A program made the position numbers and the translations under genes. A stretch of 64,000 nucleotides of DNA from Candidatus Marinacidobacterium sp. (GTDB lineage Bacteria; Acidobacteriota; Vicinamibacteria; Marinacidobacterales; Marinacidobacteraceae). Below are positions 9,435 to 19,824 of the stretch, in pieces. The notes beneath the pieces were generated by a model that ran no database searches, had not been told where the DNA came from, and worked only from the letters and a program-made list of their open reading frames with translations. The stretch covers positions 1,216,001 to 1,280,000 of the forward strand of contig OZ242011.1 of the NCBI GenBank assembly GCA_965204755.1, in the 5' to 3' direction. Position 1 is the first letter of the stretch. Each line of letters starts with the position of its first letter.

Positions 9435-10292
9435 TCACCCTCCCGCCGCATCCCTGCGTCGCCGGTCGGGCGGCGCCACCAGCTCCCACCGGCCGTCGGC
9501 GCGGCGGACGATGACGCCCTTGTTCTTGAGTTGAGTCTGCGCGTTTCGGACATCGTGTTTCCACCGAGCGCCGAAGCGGACGCCGCGGATGATCCGGAGC
9601 TCATCGTCGTTGCAGAGGTCAGGATGGATCCGCTGAACCAGCGGATACAGCTCGACCGTTCGCAGGCTTTCTCGTCGCAACAGGTGCAGAACGGTTTTCA
9701 CGAACAAACCGGTGCGGGAGGTCGCCGAGTCTCCCCGCAGGGAGCGCAGTCGCAGGTCATACCGCCGTTGTAACTCGCCGCCCCGGGCCCCGCTCGCCGA
9801 CGCGTCGTACTCGGAGGCGAGATCGGCCAGTTCCGCCAAGGCTTCCGGCGGCGTTTCCGTACCGAGCCCGGCGTACTCCCGTATGTCTGCATCGATCGTC
9901 GCAGCGACGGAAGCGTCGGCGATTCGGACACCGTATTCCTTGTTCCGAAGGAGCGACGCCGCGGTCAAGTTGCCCGATGTCACGATCGCCCTTTCGCCAT
10001 CGGCGACATACACCTTGCCGTGCAGGTGTTCGACATGCCGCACCGTCAAGTTGGGAACGCCGCGGTGAGCCTCGGACAGAGCTCTCAGGTCCAGCGATCC
10101 CGAGGCGGCGGACTCGACTCGCAGGCAGCTGAGGAGATCGATGCGAATGGAACCGGGGAACTTCAACGCCTCCGCAAACGCGCTCCAGCCGTCTCCGGTC
10201 ACATAAGGGGCGGCGATCAGGGCGGTCTTTCGAGCGGACCCGGCCAAGTCCCGAAGATCCGCCATCCACGGAGACCGCACGAGTTCGATCAC
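9435..10292 (-). CDS. Phospholipase D-family nuclease with a C-terminal Mrr_N-like winged helix
   Basis: Single HKD motif HLHGKVYVAD...VTSGNLT..N.E; C-terminal RWKHDVRNAQTQLKNKGVI...GRWEL resembles the Mrr N-terminal wHTH. Confidence 0.75.
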   Translation of the reverse strand: MIELVRSPWMADLRDLAGSARKTALIAAPYVTGDGWSAFAEALKFPGSIRIDLLSCLRVESAASGSLDLRALSEAHRGVPNLTVRHVEHLHGKVYVADGERAIVTSGNLTAASLLRNKEYGVRIADASVAATIDADIREYAGLGTETPPEALAELADLASEYDASASGARGGELQRRYDLRLRSLRGDSATSRTGLFVKTVLHLLRRESLRTVELYPLVQRIHPDLCNDDELRIIRGVRFGARWKHDVRNAQTQLKNKGVIVRRADGRWELVAPPDRRRRDAAGG

Positions 10293-10323
10293 CTGCGATT
10301 CACCGGGCCCCTCTCCTCACCGC

Positions 10324-11511
10324 GTGGCCGCGACAAAACGACGGGTCGTCCGGAAGCGGCGCGGGTCCGGGCAGGCTCAGAGGCCGCGCTCCGTATTCCG
10401 CCGGGAGGGCATCGCAGGTAGAATAGAACGCTATGGGAAAAGGCGACCGGCGCACGCGGCGGGGCAAGATCTTCCAGGGTACGACCGGGAAGCGCCGTCC
10501 GAAGCGCCCACCGAAGCGGTAGCGCTCGGCAGCGGTCGCCCTTCGCCCGGCGCTGCGGCGGGCGGCGCGGGGAGCCGCGGGTTCGAGGCGTCGGGTTCCG
10601 CCTTCGGCGCGGGACAGACGCCGTACCTGGCGGCCAAGTCCGTCGTGGACGCGCGGGCCGTGAACCGCGAAGTGCGGCGGGCGGCGGCCGCGGCGCTCCG
10701 CCGAATCGCCCGGGAGCGGGACCGGCGAGCGCCGCTCCGCGTACTGGAAGTGGGCGCGGGGGCCGGACACGCCCTGCCGCGGTGGCTGGCGCTCCTCGCG
10801 CCGTTCCCGTCGGTCGAGTTCACCGCTACCGACCCCTCCGACGCCCTGCTCCGCGCGCACCGGGAAGCCGTCGCGGCCTGGGCGGGGGAACACCGGTACT
10901 GCCTCGCCGACGGGGGCGCGGGAGCGCTGCGGATCGAGGCCGACGGGCGGAGCCTCGTCTTCCGGTTCGAGCGCGCCGCTGCCCCCGGCGGCCTCGACCG
11001 CTTCCCGTCCGGCGCCTTCGACCTGCTGGCGGCGCAGTCCGTGTGGGACCTCGCGCCGCCGGGGAGCGCACTCGCGGTCGGGCGGCGCCTTCTACGGCCC
11101 GGGGGCCTCTTCTACTCGGCGCTGACCTTCTGCGGCGAGACGAGTTTCGAGCCGCCGCTGCCGCTCGACGAAGTCGTCCTCGACCGCTACCACCGGAGCA
11201 TGGAAGCGCGGGGCGGCGATCCCCGAGCGGGAACGAGACTCGCCGGCGATATGGAACGGGGCGCCGGCGCGGACTTCACCGTGCTGGCCTCCGGGAGATC
11301 CGACTGGCGCGTCCCGGCGGAGGGCGGCGAAACCTCGGACGCAGAACGGGTCTTCCTCTCCGCGGTGCTGGACTTCGTCGAGAGCGAAGTGGCCGGCAGT
11401 CCGGGGATCCCGGAAGCCGCCGACTGGTTGGCGGCCCGCCGCCGGGCGCTCGCCGCCGGGGAACTGCGCTACCGCGCCGTGAACCGGGACCTCGCCGCCA
11501 CGCGGCGATAA
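10324..11511 (+). CDS. Class I SAM-dependent methyltransferase
   Basis: VLEVGAGAG motif I, FDLLAAQSVWDL, LRPGGLFYSALTF, YLAAKSVVDARAVN; true start is probably downstream of 10324. Confidence 0.75.
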   Translation: MAATKRRVVRKRRGSGQAQRPRSVFRREGIAGRIERYGKRRPAHAAGQDLPGYDREAPSEAPTEAVALGSGRPSPGAAAGGAGSRGFEASGSAFGAGQTPYLAAKSVVDARAVNREVRRAAAAALRRIARERDRRAPLRVLEVGAGAGHALPRWLALLAPFPSVEFTATDPSDALLRAHREAVAAWAGEHRYCLADGGAGALRIEADGRSLVFRFERAAAPGGLDRFPSGAFDLLAAQSVWDLAPPGSALAVGRRLLRPGGLFYSALTFCGETSFEPPLPLDEVVLDRYHRSMEARGGDPRAGTRLAGDMERGAGADFTVLASGRSDWRVPAEGGETSDAERVFLSAVLDFVESEVAGSPGIPEAADWLAARRRALAAGELRYRAVNRDLAATRR

Positions 11512-11547
11512 CGGAAGAAGAAGACCGCCGACGACGGCGGTCGCGGC

Positions 11548-12708
11548 TCAGGCTCCCGCCGACCGGGCCTCCGACGCGCCCCGCGCCGCGATGAGCCGAT
11601 CCACCTCCGTCTTCAGCCGACCCAGGATCTCCCCGTAGGGAAACGCCCCCAGCGCCTCCGTCCCGCGCTTCAGGTTCACGAACTGCGGGCCGCACCACAG
11701 CCCGAGGTCGGCGTCGTCGGTCTCCCCGGGGCCGTTCACCCGGCAACCCATCACCGCGATGGTGATCGCGTGGTCTTCGGCGTAACGCGTGAGTTCCCGC
11801 ACCTCCTCCGCCAACTCGATGAACTTCTCGTTCTCGACGCGGGAACAGGACGGGCACGAAATGATGTTCAACCGGTCCTTCGGGAACTCCGGCACCGAGC
11901 GGAACCGCCCGGACGCGATGTCGCGGAGGATTTCGTGCCCGACCGTGACTTCCTCCGGTTTCCGCGCGTTCGGCAGCGTGAGCGAGACGCGGACGGTGTC
12001 CCCGATCCCGCGGCTCAGCAACTGCTCGAAGGCGATGCGGGTCTTGATGATCCCCTCCGGCGGCATCCCGGCTTCCGTGACCCCGAGATGCAGCGGCACA
12101 TCGGGCCGCTCCGCCGCGAACCTCCGATTCCCCTCGATCACCTGCGCCGGGTCGGAGTCCTTCAGCGAAACCACGAACCGATCGAAGCCGATCTTCTCCA
12201 GCATCTCGCAGTGCTCGGCGGCGGACGCGACCATCGCCCCCACCGGATCGCCCCGGAACAGGTCCCGGTGCGCCGGATCCATGGAGCCGCAGTTCACGCC
12301 GACGCGCAGCGCGCAGTCGTGCTCGCCGGCGGCGTCGGCGATGCGGCGCACCTTGTCGGGCACGGGCGTTTCCGTCTCGTGGTGCCAGAGGTGGCCCGGG
12401 TTGTAGCGGATCTTGTCCACCTGGGCCGCCACCTTCCCGGCGAGCCGGTAGTTCTCCTGGAGGTCCACCGCGAGGTTGGCCCCGGTGCGGCGGCGGATCT
12501 CCGCGAGCGCCTCGGCGTCCTTCGCGCTGTCCACCGCGATCCGCACGATGCCGGCGCCGGCTTCCCGGAGCGCCTCCGCCTGCCGGGCGGTGGCTTCGAC
12601 ATCGCGGGTGTGGGTGGCGCACATGCTCTGCACCACCACCGGGGCGCCGCCGCCCACGACCACATCGCCGACCGGCACCCGCCGGGTGGGGTTCCGCTCC
12701 GCCAGCAC
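11548..12708 (-). CDS. ispG: (E)-4-hydroxy-3-methylbut-2-enyl-diphosphate synthase
   Basis: [62 protein letters not shown]. Confidence 0.97.
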   Translation of the reverse strand: MLAERNPTRRVPVGDVVVGGGAPVVVQSMCATHTRDVEATARQAEALREAGAGIVRIAVDSAKDAEALAEIRRRTGANLAVDLQENYRLAGKVAAQVDKIRYNPGHLWHHETETPVPDKVRRIADAAGEHDCALRVGVNCGSMDPAHRDLFRGDPVGAMVASAAEHCEMLEKIGFDRFVVSLKDSDPAQVIEGNRRFAAERPDVPLHLGVTEAGMPPEGIIKTRIAFEQLLSRGIGDTVRVSLTLPNARKPEEVTVGHEILRDIASGRFRSVPEFPKDRLNIISCPSCSRVENEKFIELAEEVRELTRYAEDHAITIAVMGCRVNGPGETDDADLGLWCGPQFVNLKRGTEALGAFPYGEILGRLKTEVDRLIAARGASEARSAGA

Positions 12709-12802
12709 GCCGGAAATGCTACTCCGGCGGAGGTCTTACGATTCCCGGCCACCCCGGCCCGCCGCGCCCGGGCGCGGCGCCGCCCGAAGGAGACCGACCC
12801 CG

Positions 12803-13930
12803 ATGCAGTTCGAACCTTTCGCCATGGAGCGGGACCTCTGCCGCTGGGAGAACACCGTCCGCTGGAACATCTCGGAGAGCGGGGTGCATCCGCTGACGCT
12901 CGAAGAACTGGCCGGAGGCGCCGATCTCGGCGGCGTCCGGCTCGGCTACCCGCAGTCCAACGGGACGATCCCGCTGCGGGAGCGGATCGCCGCGCTCTAC
13001 CCCGGCGCCGACCCCGACCGGGTGCTCGCGACCCACGGAACCGCCGAAGCGAACTTCCTCGCGGCGCTCACCACCGTGGACCGGGGCGACGAAGCCGTGG
13101 TCATGGTCCCGAACTACATGCAGTTGATCGGCGCTCTCCGCTCCTTCGGCGCGCGGGTCCTCCCCTTCCCGCTCCGGGAGGAGGACGGCTGGCGCCCGGA
13201 CCTCGACGCCCTCGACGCCGCGGTCACCGACCGCACCCGGCTGATCGCCGTCTGCAACCCGAACAACCCGTCCGGCGCGGTGCTGACCGAAGCGGAGATG
13301 GACCGCATCGCCGCCGCGGCGAACCGGACCGGCGCCTGGCTGCTCGCCGACGAGGTGTACCGCGGCGCCGAGTTGAGCGGCGTCGAGTGCCCCACTTTCT
13401 GGGGCAAGGCGGAGCGCCTGCTGCTGAACTCCGGGCTCTCGAAGGCGTTCGGGCTGCCCGGCCTCCGGGTCGGGTGGACGGTGACCACCCGCGAGAAGGC
13501 GGACGAACTCTGGGGGCACCGCGACTACAGCACCCTGGCGCTGAGCGCGCTGTCGGACCGCCTGGCGCAGATCGCCCTCGACCGGCGGCCGGAGATCCTG
13601 GAGCGGACGCGGGGGATCTGCCGGAAGCAACTCCCGCTGGTGGGCGAGTGGGTGGCCTCCCACCGCGACCACCCGGTGCGGCTCGAGTGGACGCCGCCGG
13701 AGGCCGGCGCCATCGCCGCGGTCCGCTACCGGCATCCGGTCTCGTCGGAGGCCCTGGCGGAGCGGCTCCGGCTGGAGAAGGACCTGCTGGTGGTCCCGGC
13801 GTCCCACTTCGAGATGGACGGCTTCCTCCGGATCGGCTACGGCGCCGAACCCGCGGTGGTGGAGAAGAGCCTCGGGCTGATCAGCGAGACGTTGGCGGAG
13901 GTGGCCTCGGAGTCGGCCGCCGCCGCCTGA
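12803..13930 (+). CDS. PLP-dependent aminotransferase class I/II
   Basis: CNPNNPSG, LLADEVYRG, SGLSKAFGLPGLRVGW; start ATG 12803. Confidence 0.9.
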   Translation: MQFEPFAMERDLCRWENTVRWNISESGVHPLTLEELAGGADLGGVRLGYPQSNGTIPLRERIAALYPGADPDRVLATHGTAEANFLAALTTVDRGDEAVVMVPNYMQLIGALRSFGARVLPFPLREEDGWRPDLDALDAAVTDRTRLIAVCNPNNPSGAVLTEAEMDRIAAAANRTGAWLLADEVYRGAELSGVECPTFWGKAERLLLNSGLSKAFGLPGLRVGWTVTTREKADELWGHRDYSTLALSALSDRLAQIALDRRPEILERTRGICRKQLPLVGEWVASHRDHPVRLEWTPPEAGAIAAVRYRHPVSSEALAERLRLEKDLLVVPASHFEMDGFLRIGYGAEPAVVEKSLGLISETLAEVASESAAAA

Positions 13931-13973
13931 TCCGGGGCGGAGGGACGGCTGAACGGCGTCCGCCGCGCCGGGT

Positions 13974-15281
<1,308 letters not shown>

Positions 15282-15365
15282 GCGGATAATTCTACCCGTC
15301 CGGGGCTCGCGGGCCCGGCCCGCTGACCGCCCCGGGGACATCGAGAAGCGACGGGAGCGACCGGC

Positions 15366-16571
15366 ATGTCGAGGGCGGGAGCGGCTTCGGCCCGGCGGTC
15401 GTGCGAGGTGGCCGTCGTCGGGGGCGGCGTCATCGGCGCGTCCATCGCGGCCCACCTGGGGGAACGGATGGGAGCCGGTAGCGGGGGCGCCGGCGGCCGC
15501 GCCGCCGTGGTGGTGTTCGAGCGGGAGGACGCGCTCGGAACCGGCTCCACCGCGAAGGCCGCCGGCGGGATCCGGCTCCAGTTCACCACCGCCGCCAATG
15601 TGGCCTTCTCCCGCTACAGCATCGAGGAACTCCGGCGGTTCGAGGAGCGCACCGGGGTGGATCCGGAATTCCACCAGGACGGCTACCTGTTCCTGCTGGA
15701 CCGGGAAGCGGACCTGGCGCGGTTCGCCGAGACCGCGCGGGAGCAGCGCCGGCTGGGAGCGCCGGTGGAGGTCATCACGCCGGAGGAGGCCGGGTGGATC
15801 CACCCCGGCATCCGCGTGGACGACCTGGTCGGCGCGACCTTCTGCGCCGAGGACGGCGTGGCGACTCCGGCGGCGCTCGTGGCCGGCTACGCGGCCCTGG
15901 CGCGGCGCAGCGGCGTGGAACTCCGCCGGGGGGCGGAAGTCACCGAGGCGGCGCCCCGCCCCGGCGGCGGGTTCTCGTTCACCGCCGGCGGGGAGCGGTG
16001 GGAGGCCGATTGGTTGGTGGATGCCGCCGGCCCGTGGGCGGCGGAGGTGGGGCGGCTGCTGGGCGTGGACATCCCGGTGTCGCCGGTCCGCCGCCAGTTC
16101 TTCGTTACCGCGCCGCTGTCTTGGCTCCCGCCCCGGACGCCCCTCACCATCGATTGGGGAACCGGGGTGTACATGCACCGGCACAGCGGCGGAATGCTCG
16201 TCGGGAACTCCGACCCCGACGAGCCGCCGGGGTTCTCCCAGACCCCGGACCTGGCCTACCTGGGCCAAGTCTTCTTCGACGCCGCCGCCCGCCTCCCGGC
16301 CCTGGCCGACGCGGAGTTGCGAACCACCGCCGCCGGCCTCTACGAAGTCTCCCCGGACCACAACGCCATCCTCGGCGAGGTACCCGGCGTCCCCGGGTTC
16401 CTGGTCGCCGGCGGCTTCTCCGGCCACGGGATGCAGCACGCCCCGGCAGTGGGCCGCGCCATCTCCGAAGTCATCCTCGACGGCGCGTCCCGCGCGCTGG
16501 ACATCGAACCGTTCTCCATCACCCGCTTCTCCAAGGGCGGCGCCCCGAGGGGCGAGGACCGGGTGATCTGA
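15366..16571 (+). CDS. FAD-dependent oxidoreductase (sarcosine oxidase beta/DadA family)
   Basis: VVGGGVIG, GSTAKAAGGIR, DAAGPWA, AGLYEVSPDHNAILG, GFSGHGMQHAPAVG. Confidence 0.9.
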   Translation: MSRAGAASARRSCEVAVVGGGVIGASIAAHLGERMGAGSGGAGGRAAVVVFEREDALGTGSTAKAAGGIRLQFTTAANVAFSRYSIEELRRFEERTGVDPEFHQDGYLFLLDREADLARFAETAREQRRLGAPVEVITPEEAGWIHPGIRVDDLVGATFCAEDGVATPAALVAGYAALARRSGVELRRGAEVTEAAPRPGGGFSFTAGGERWEADWLVDAAGPWAAEVGRLLGVDIPVSPVRRQFFVTAPLSWLPPRTPLTIDWGTGVYMHRHSGGMLVGNSDPDEPPGFSQTPDLAYLGQVFFDAAARLPALADAELRTTAAGLYEVSPDHNAILGEVPGVPGFLVAGGFSGHGMQHAPAVGRAISEVILDGASRALDIEPFSITRFSKGGAPRGEDRVI

Positions 16572-16614
16572 GGAACCCGGCAGGCGCCAGGGCGCTTGCC
16601 GGCAGCGAGAGGTG

Positions 16615-16644
16615 TTGACACGAATCAAGTGTCTGGTCTAAACT
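16615..16644 (+). promoter_or_regulatory. Putative sigma70 promoter with an overlapping palindromic operator
   Basis: TTGACA (16615-16620), 18-nt spacer, TAAACT (16639-16644), 16 nt before ATG 16661; GACAC-N7-GTGTC inverted repeat at 16617-16633. Confidence 0.55.
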
Positions 16645-16660
16645 TATTCCTCCTGTCACC

Positions 16661-17884
16661 ATGACCACCACGGACTTCCCGAACCCGTTCCGTCCCGGAG
16701 CCGGTCATCCGCCGCCGTATCTCGCCGGACGGACAGAGGAACGCGAGGAGTTCGGGCGCCTGCTCGGACAGTCGCCGATTCTCGAAAACCCGATCTTCAC
16801 CGGGCTCCGCGGCGTCGGCAAGACCGTGTTGCTCGAATCCCTGAGGCCGGAAGCACTGCGGAGCGGATGGCTGTGGGCCGGAAACGACCTCTCGGAAGCC
16901 GCCAGCCTGAGCGAAGACCACCTTGCGACCCGTCTCGCCGCCGACCTGGCGCTCATCACTTCCGGACTCGCGCTGCCGACCGCGACGAAGCGCCGAGCCG
17001 GGTTCGCCTCCGGCGGGCCCGACGACGCCCCCCTGACCTTCGAGGCTCTGCTCGGAATCTATCGGGACACGCCCGGCCTCCCGGTTGACAAGTTCAAGCA
17101 GATCCTCATGGCCTCATGGCAGGCCGTGAGTGCGGCGCGCTCTGAAGTCCGGGGCATCGTCGTCGCCTACGACGAGGCGCAGAACCTGGCCAACCGGCCG
17201 GACCGGGACCAGTTCCCGCTCTCGCTGCTCATTGACGCCTTCCAGTCTCTGCAGCGACAGGGACTGCCCCTGCTGCTGGCCCTGGCCGGACTCCCGACGC
17301 TCTATCCGGCCTTGGTGCAGGCGCGCACTTCGTCGGAGCGGATGTTCCGTGTCCTCTTCCTCAAACGCCTGAGCGATCGGGAGAGCGAGGATGCCATCCG
17401 CAAACCGATCGAGGACTTCGACTGCCCGGTTCGTCTGTCGCGCCGAACCGTCGCCGGAGTCGTCGAGATGTCCGGCGGCTACCCCTACTTCATCCAGTTC
17501 ATTTGCCGGGAAGTGTTCGACGCGTTCCTCCAGCGGCAGCGCAAGGGCAAGCCCCCCGCCGTACCGGCGCGGGAGATCGAACAGAAGTTGGACGACGACT
17601 TCTTCTCCGGACGCTGGTCGAAGACCACCGACCGACAGCGTGCCCTCCTGTGGGTGATCGCACATCTGGAGACAGATGGTGGGGAGTTCACCGTCCAAGC
17701 GGCGGTCGAGAAGGCCAAGACCCTGCTCGATCGACCGTTCAGCTCCAGCCACATCAACCAGATGCTCTCCAGTTTGGCCAACCAGGGTCTGGTCTTCAAG
17801 AACCGGCACGGGCGGTACTCCTTCGCCGTCCCGCTGCTCGACCGGTTCATCCGCCGCCAGGCCCCGCCCGAGACCGGGGGCTGA
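16661..17884 (+). CDS. AAA/STAND-like P-loop ATPase with a C-terminal winged helix
   Basis: NPFRPGAGHPPPYLAGR, Walker A GLRGVGKT, Walker B VVAYDEAQ, SGGYPYFIQ, C-terminal LANQGLVFKNRHGRYSFAVP. Confidence 0.8.
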   Translation: MTTTDFPNPFRPGAGHPPPYLAGRTEEREEFGRLLGQSPILENPIFTGLRGVGKTVLLESLRPEALRSGWLWAGNDLSEAASLSEDHLATRLAADLALITSGLALPTATKRRAGFASGGPDDAPLTFEALLGIYRDTPGLPVDKFKQILMASWQAVSAARSEVRGIVVAYDEAQNLANRPDRDQFPLSLLIDAFQSLQRQGLPLLLALAGLPTLYPALVQARTSSERMFRVLFLKRLSDRESEDAIRKPIEDFDCPVRLSRRTVAGVVEMSGGYPYFIQFICREVFDAFLQRQRKGKPPAVPAREIEQKLDDDFFSGRWSKTTDRQRALLWVIAHLETDGGEFTVQAAVEKAKTLLDRPFSSSHINQMLSSLANQGLVFKNRHGRYSFAVPLLDRFIRRQAPPETGG

Positions 17885-17922
17885 CCTCTGCGAGCCAGCC
17901 TCTCGATCGAGGAGCGCCGGTA

Positions 17923-18987
17923 GTGCTTCGCCAAGTCCGACTGTCCAACTTCAAGTGTTTCGCGCGTCTTCACCTGGAGTTGGCGCCGCTCACGCTTCTT
18001 TGCGGCGGCAACGGCGCGGGAAAGAGCAGCGTGCTGCAGGCCCTGCTCGCGCTTCGGCGGTCTCGCGCAGCCGGCGCCCTCGACCGCGGCAACCCGGTCC
18101 CCGCCGACGAACTCACCGGTCTCGGAACCGGTCGGAGGGTCCTCCACGAGTTCGCCGAAGACGACGCCATCGAATTCGGACTGGTGGACGACCGGGCCGC
18201 CGAACCCCTGCGGATCACCTTCGACTACGACCGCGAGACCGACGAGTTGCGAGTGCGTGGCGCCGGCGCCTTGGCTCTCGGCCCGTGGGAAGCGCTGCCG
18301 CCCTTCGCGGCCCTGCATCATTTGGCCGCCGAACGGATCGGGCCCGGGAAGATTCGGGACCCGCCCGACACCGGCGCGCGCCGGAGCGACGAGTCCGCCT
18401 CGAACTTCCCGACTGCGCACCGAAACGATTCCCTCACCGCCGCCGACCCGCGGCGCGACGAAGCGGACACCGATCGATACGGCGATGTCCTCGACTACTG
18501 GTTGCGGCAGATCATGCCGATAGCCTCGCGGCGGACCGGGCGCATCCGAGCGGCGGAGGCGCCGACCGGCGGCGCGCGCCGATATCGAGCCGCCGATGCG
18601 GGCTTCGGACTGTCCTATGTCGCGCCCACCGTCGCAGCCCTTCTCGCGCCCCCGGGAACCCTGTGCCTCATCGAGAACCCCGAAGCGCATCTCCACCCGA
18701 GCGCGCAGACCAAGATCGCGGAACTCGCCGCGCGCGCCGCAGCAGCCGGTCTGCAGGTCGTCCTGGAGACACACGGCAACCATGTTCTCGACGGCGTACG
18801 AATCGCGGTCTTGGACAGACTCCTCGAGCCCGGGGACACGCGGTTCCATCACTTCGAGCAGGAGAACGGCCAGTCCGTCGTGCGGACGCCACAGATCGAT
18901 TCCCGCGGTCGTCTGTCCTCCTGGCCGGAAGGGTTCTTCGACCAACACCTCCTCAACTTGACACGACTGCTGGCGCCGAAGGCCTGA
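17923..18987 (+). CDS. ABC-type ATPase (AAA_21-like) with a C-terminal DUF3696-like tail
   Basis: VRLSNFKCF, Walker A GGNGAGKSS, GFGLSY, Walker B CLIENPEAHLHP, ETHG, tail IDSRGRLSSWPEGFFDQ; GTG 17923 preceded by GAGGAG. Confidence 0.8.
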   Translation: MLRQVRLSNFKCFARLHLELAPLTLLCGGNGAGKSSVLQALLALRRSRAAGALDRGNPVPADELTGLGTGRRVLHEFAEDDAIEFGLVDDRAAEPLRITFDYDRETDELRVRGAGALALGPWEALPPFAALHHLAAERIGPGKIRDPPDTGARRSDESASNFPTAHRNDSLTAADPRRDEADTDRYGDVLDYWLRQIMPIASRRTGRIRAAEAPTGGARRYRAADAGFGLSYVAPTVAALLAPPGTLCLIENPEAHLHPSAQTKIAELAARAAAAGLQVVLETHGNHVLDGVRIAVLDRLLEPGDTRFHHFEQENGQSVVRTPQIDSRGRLSSWPEGFFDQHLLNLTRLLAPKA

Positions 18988-19188
18988 GCCGCGAAGCCGC
19001 GCCCGCCGCGTGCGTGGCGCCCGGCCGGGCGGACGCGGCCGGCGAGCCGACAACGGCCGCCACCGGCGTTGAGCGCCCGTCGGGCCGGCGGCCCCCGCGA
19101 AATCCCGGCGACCGACAGTCCGGGCCTGACCGGGCCGGGAGGCCGGCCGCGCCGGGTGGTAATCTCCCCCGTCCGGCGGCGAGTTGCG

Positions 19189-19701
19189 ATGACGGGGAAG
19201 CGGACGAAGTTCTATCTCGGCGGGGGGCTCTTCGCGCTCTCCGTGGCCGCCCTCCTGCTCACCGGGTTCGAGGAGGGGAAGGCCTACTACCGGACGGTCG
19301 GCGAACTGCGGGCCATGGGGCCGGCGGCCGAGGGGCGGCCGGTGCGGGTGGCCGGGGATGTGGTGCCGGGGAGCATCGAGCCGCGCGGCGAGGGCCGGGT
19401 GGCGTTCACCATCGAGTACGACGGGGAGCGCCTGCCGGTGCTCTACACCGGGCGGGAGCCGCTTCCGGACACGCTGGTGGACCGGGCGCAGGCGGTGGCC
19501 ACCGGGACCCTGCTCGCCGACGGTTCCTTCGAAGCCCGGCAGGTGCAGGCCAAGTGCGCCTCCAAGTACGACCCCGCCTACGAGACGGACGGGGCCGGGC
19601 CGGCCGAAGCGGAGAGCGCGGAACCACCCGGCGGCTCGCCGGAGCCCGACAACGCCGAGCCCGGCCCCGGCAACGAGCGCCGTTCCACCGACGGCGCCTG
19701 A
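19189..19701 (+). CDS. ccmE: Cytochrome c maturation heme chaperone CcmE (CxxxY variant)
   Basis: N-terminal TM, YYRTVGEL, VRVAGDVVPGSI, PLPDTL, QAKCASKY. Confidence 0.9.
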   Translation: MTGKRTKFYLGGGLFALSVAALLLTGFEEGKAYYRTVGELRAMGPAAEGRPVRVAGDVVPGSIEPRGEGRVAFTIEYDGERLPVLYTGREPLPDTLVDRAQAVATGTLLADGSFEARQVQAKCASKYDPAYETDGAGPAEAESAEPPGGSPEPDNAEPGPGNERRSTDGA

Positions 19702-19824
19702 GGCACATCGCCCCGGAGCGGCGCCGCGCACGGCCATCGGTCGTCCCGCGCATGACCCGCCCGCAACCGAACACCCACATTGGTCGGCGACCGCCGCGCC
19801 ACTTGGCGCACTGGATCACCTGAG

